Source of the DNA: Octopus sinensis
Lineage: Eukaryota
Direction of reading: 5' to 3'
DNA length: 64,000 nucleotides
Assembly (NCBI RefSeq): GCF_006345805.1
Contig: NC_043005.1
Coordinates: 87,172,001-87,236,000 of the forward strand
This document shows positions 63,225 through 64,000 of the stretch, piece by piece. Position 1 is the stretch's first letter. Each line of letters starts with the position of its first letter. A program made the position numbers and the translations under genes. A model generated the notes under the pieces. That model ran no database searches. It was not told the origin of the DNA and saw only the letters and a list, made by a program, of their open reading frames with translations.

Positions 63225-64000
63225 AGATGCCCGCCGATGTTTTCCTTGCAGAGGTTGGCTGTTTTTCCGCTCTGATGGCTGTTCCCCAGCTCTGACAAAG
63301 GCGATGGTTTTCTTGGAGGGTCGGAACCGCTTCGCCCACACAAGTCCTGCGCTGATGGCTTCAGCGATGATCTTAAGAACTTGGTCACGCTACCAGCGGT
63401 ACCGTTCTTCTCCAAGTGCCCCTGTGCAGCAGCACCTGAGGAAGTGTTCCAGGGTTCCTCGCTTTGAATACAGCGCACATGCTGGTGTCTCTGCTATGCC
63501 CCATGTGTACAGATTTAATGGGCTTGGAAGCACATCGTACACTGCTTGGATGAATAATTTAATGCGTTGAGGCTCGGTTTTCCACAGCTCAGCCCAGGTC
63601 GCTTTCCTTTCAACTGCACTCTCCTATCTTGTCCAAGTTCCCTGTTGCTTCATTCCCACTACCGTTCATGTTCCCATTTCCACCACTGCAGCTCTCACCT
63701 CCTCCTGAACAAGGTGGCGCCCTTCCTTCCCGCTGGGGAGTCAGAAAGACGCCTACTCTGTCTCACGTGACCATTCCGCAAGTCTCTTTTGGCGCAGCCT
63801 TGTCGCTGCCCCTTGAACAGCATCCTCTGCTCTTCCTGCCAATCTTCACTTGGATCCATGCTTTATACTCCTTCGGATCACAAGAGACCCTGTACTGGAC
63901 CACTACTCTGGCTCTTGCCCTCTTGAATTTCTCTTCCAATGATTTGAAGGGCAACTGCAGTTTGGTGTTGTTTCAGTAGAGCGCGATGCTACTCAGGCTC
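63225..64000 (-). mobile_element. HERO-clade (REL) non-LTR retrotransposon fragment, running off the window
   Basis: SLSSIALY*NNTKLQLPFKSLEEKFK..QYR..DPK, LVQEEVRA, GMKQQGTWTR*E..ERKATWAELWKTEPQRIKLFIQAVYDVLPSPLNLYTWG..TPACALYSKRGTLEHFLRCC, RYRW*RDQVLKIIAEAI, IAFVRAGEQP. This is the post-RT and CCHC region as I recall it from HERO elements. Confidence 0.85.

Overview
AT-rich eukaryotic DNA, most likely intronic or intergenic cephalopod sequence (probably Octopus). That assignment rests on my recognition of the SINE families and the very high (TA)n, (AAT)n and (AGAT)n load, not on a database search. I recognise no host protein-coding gene; almost all supplied ORFs are microsatellite read-throughs or transposon relics. 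The window is a mosaic of three tRNA-type SINE families, decayed DNA transposons (three mariner, one Tc1, one DD37D maT, one pogo/Tigger-like MITE) and decayed non-LTR elements (Dong/R4 in TAA repeats, CR1/L2-like, RTE, HERO, and a Penelope-like RT/GIY-YIG relic). The most notable signal is a set of unrelated short elements, mostly beside TA repeats and often forming fold-backs, each carrying a minimal type I hammerhead-ribozyme motif with a palindromic or near-palindromic helix III. The core 3-8 pair occurs as C-G, U-A and G-C in different families, which is covariation expected of a selected RNA structure. One ~270 bp hairpin element carries the motif in its loop. Ribozyme activity is inferred from manual folding only.
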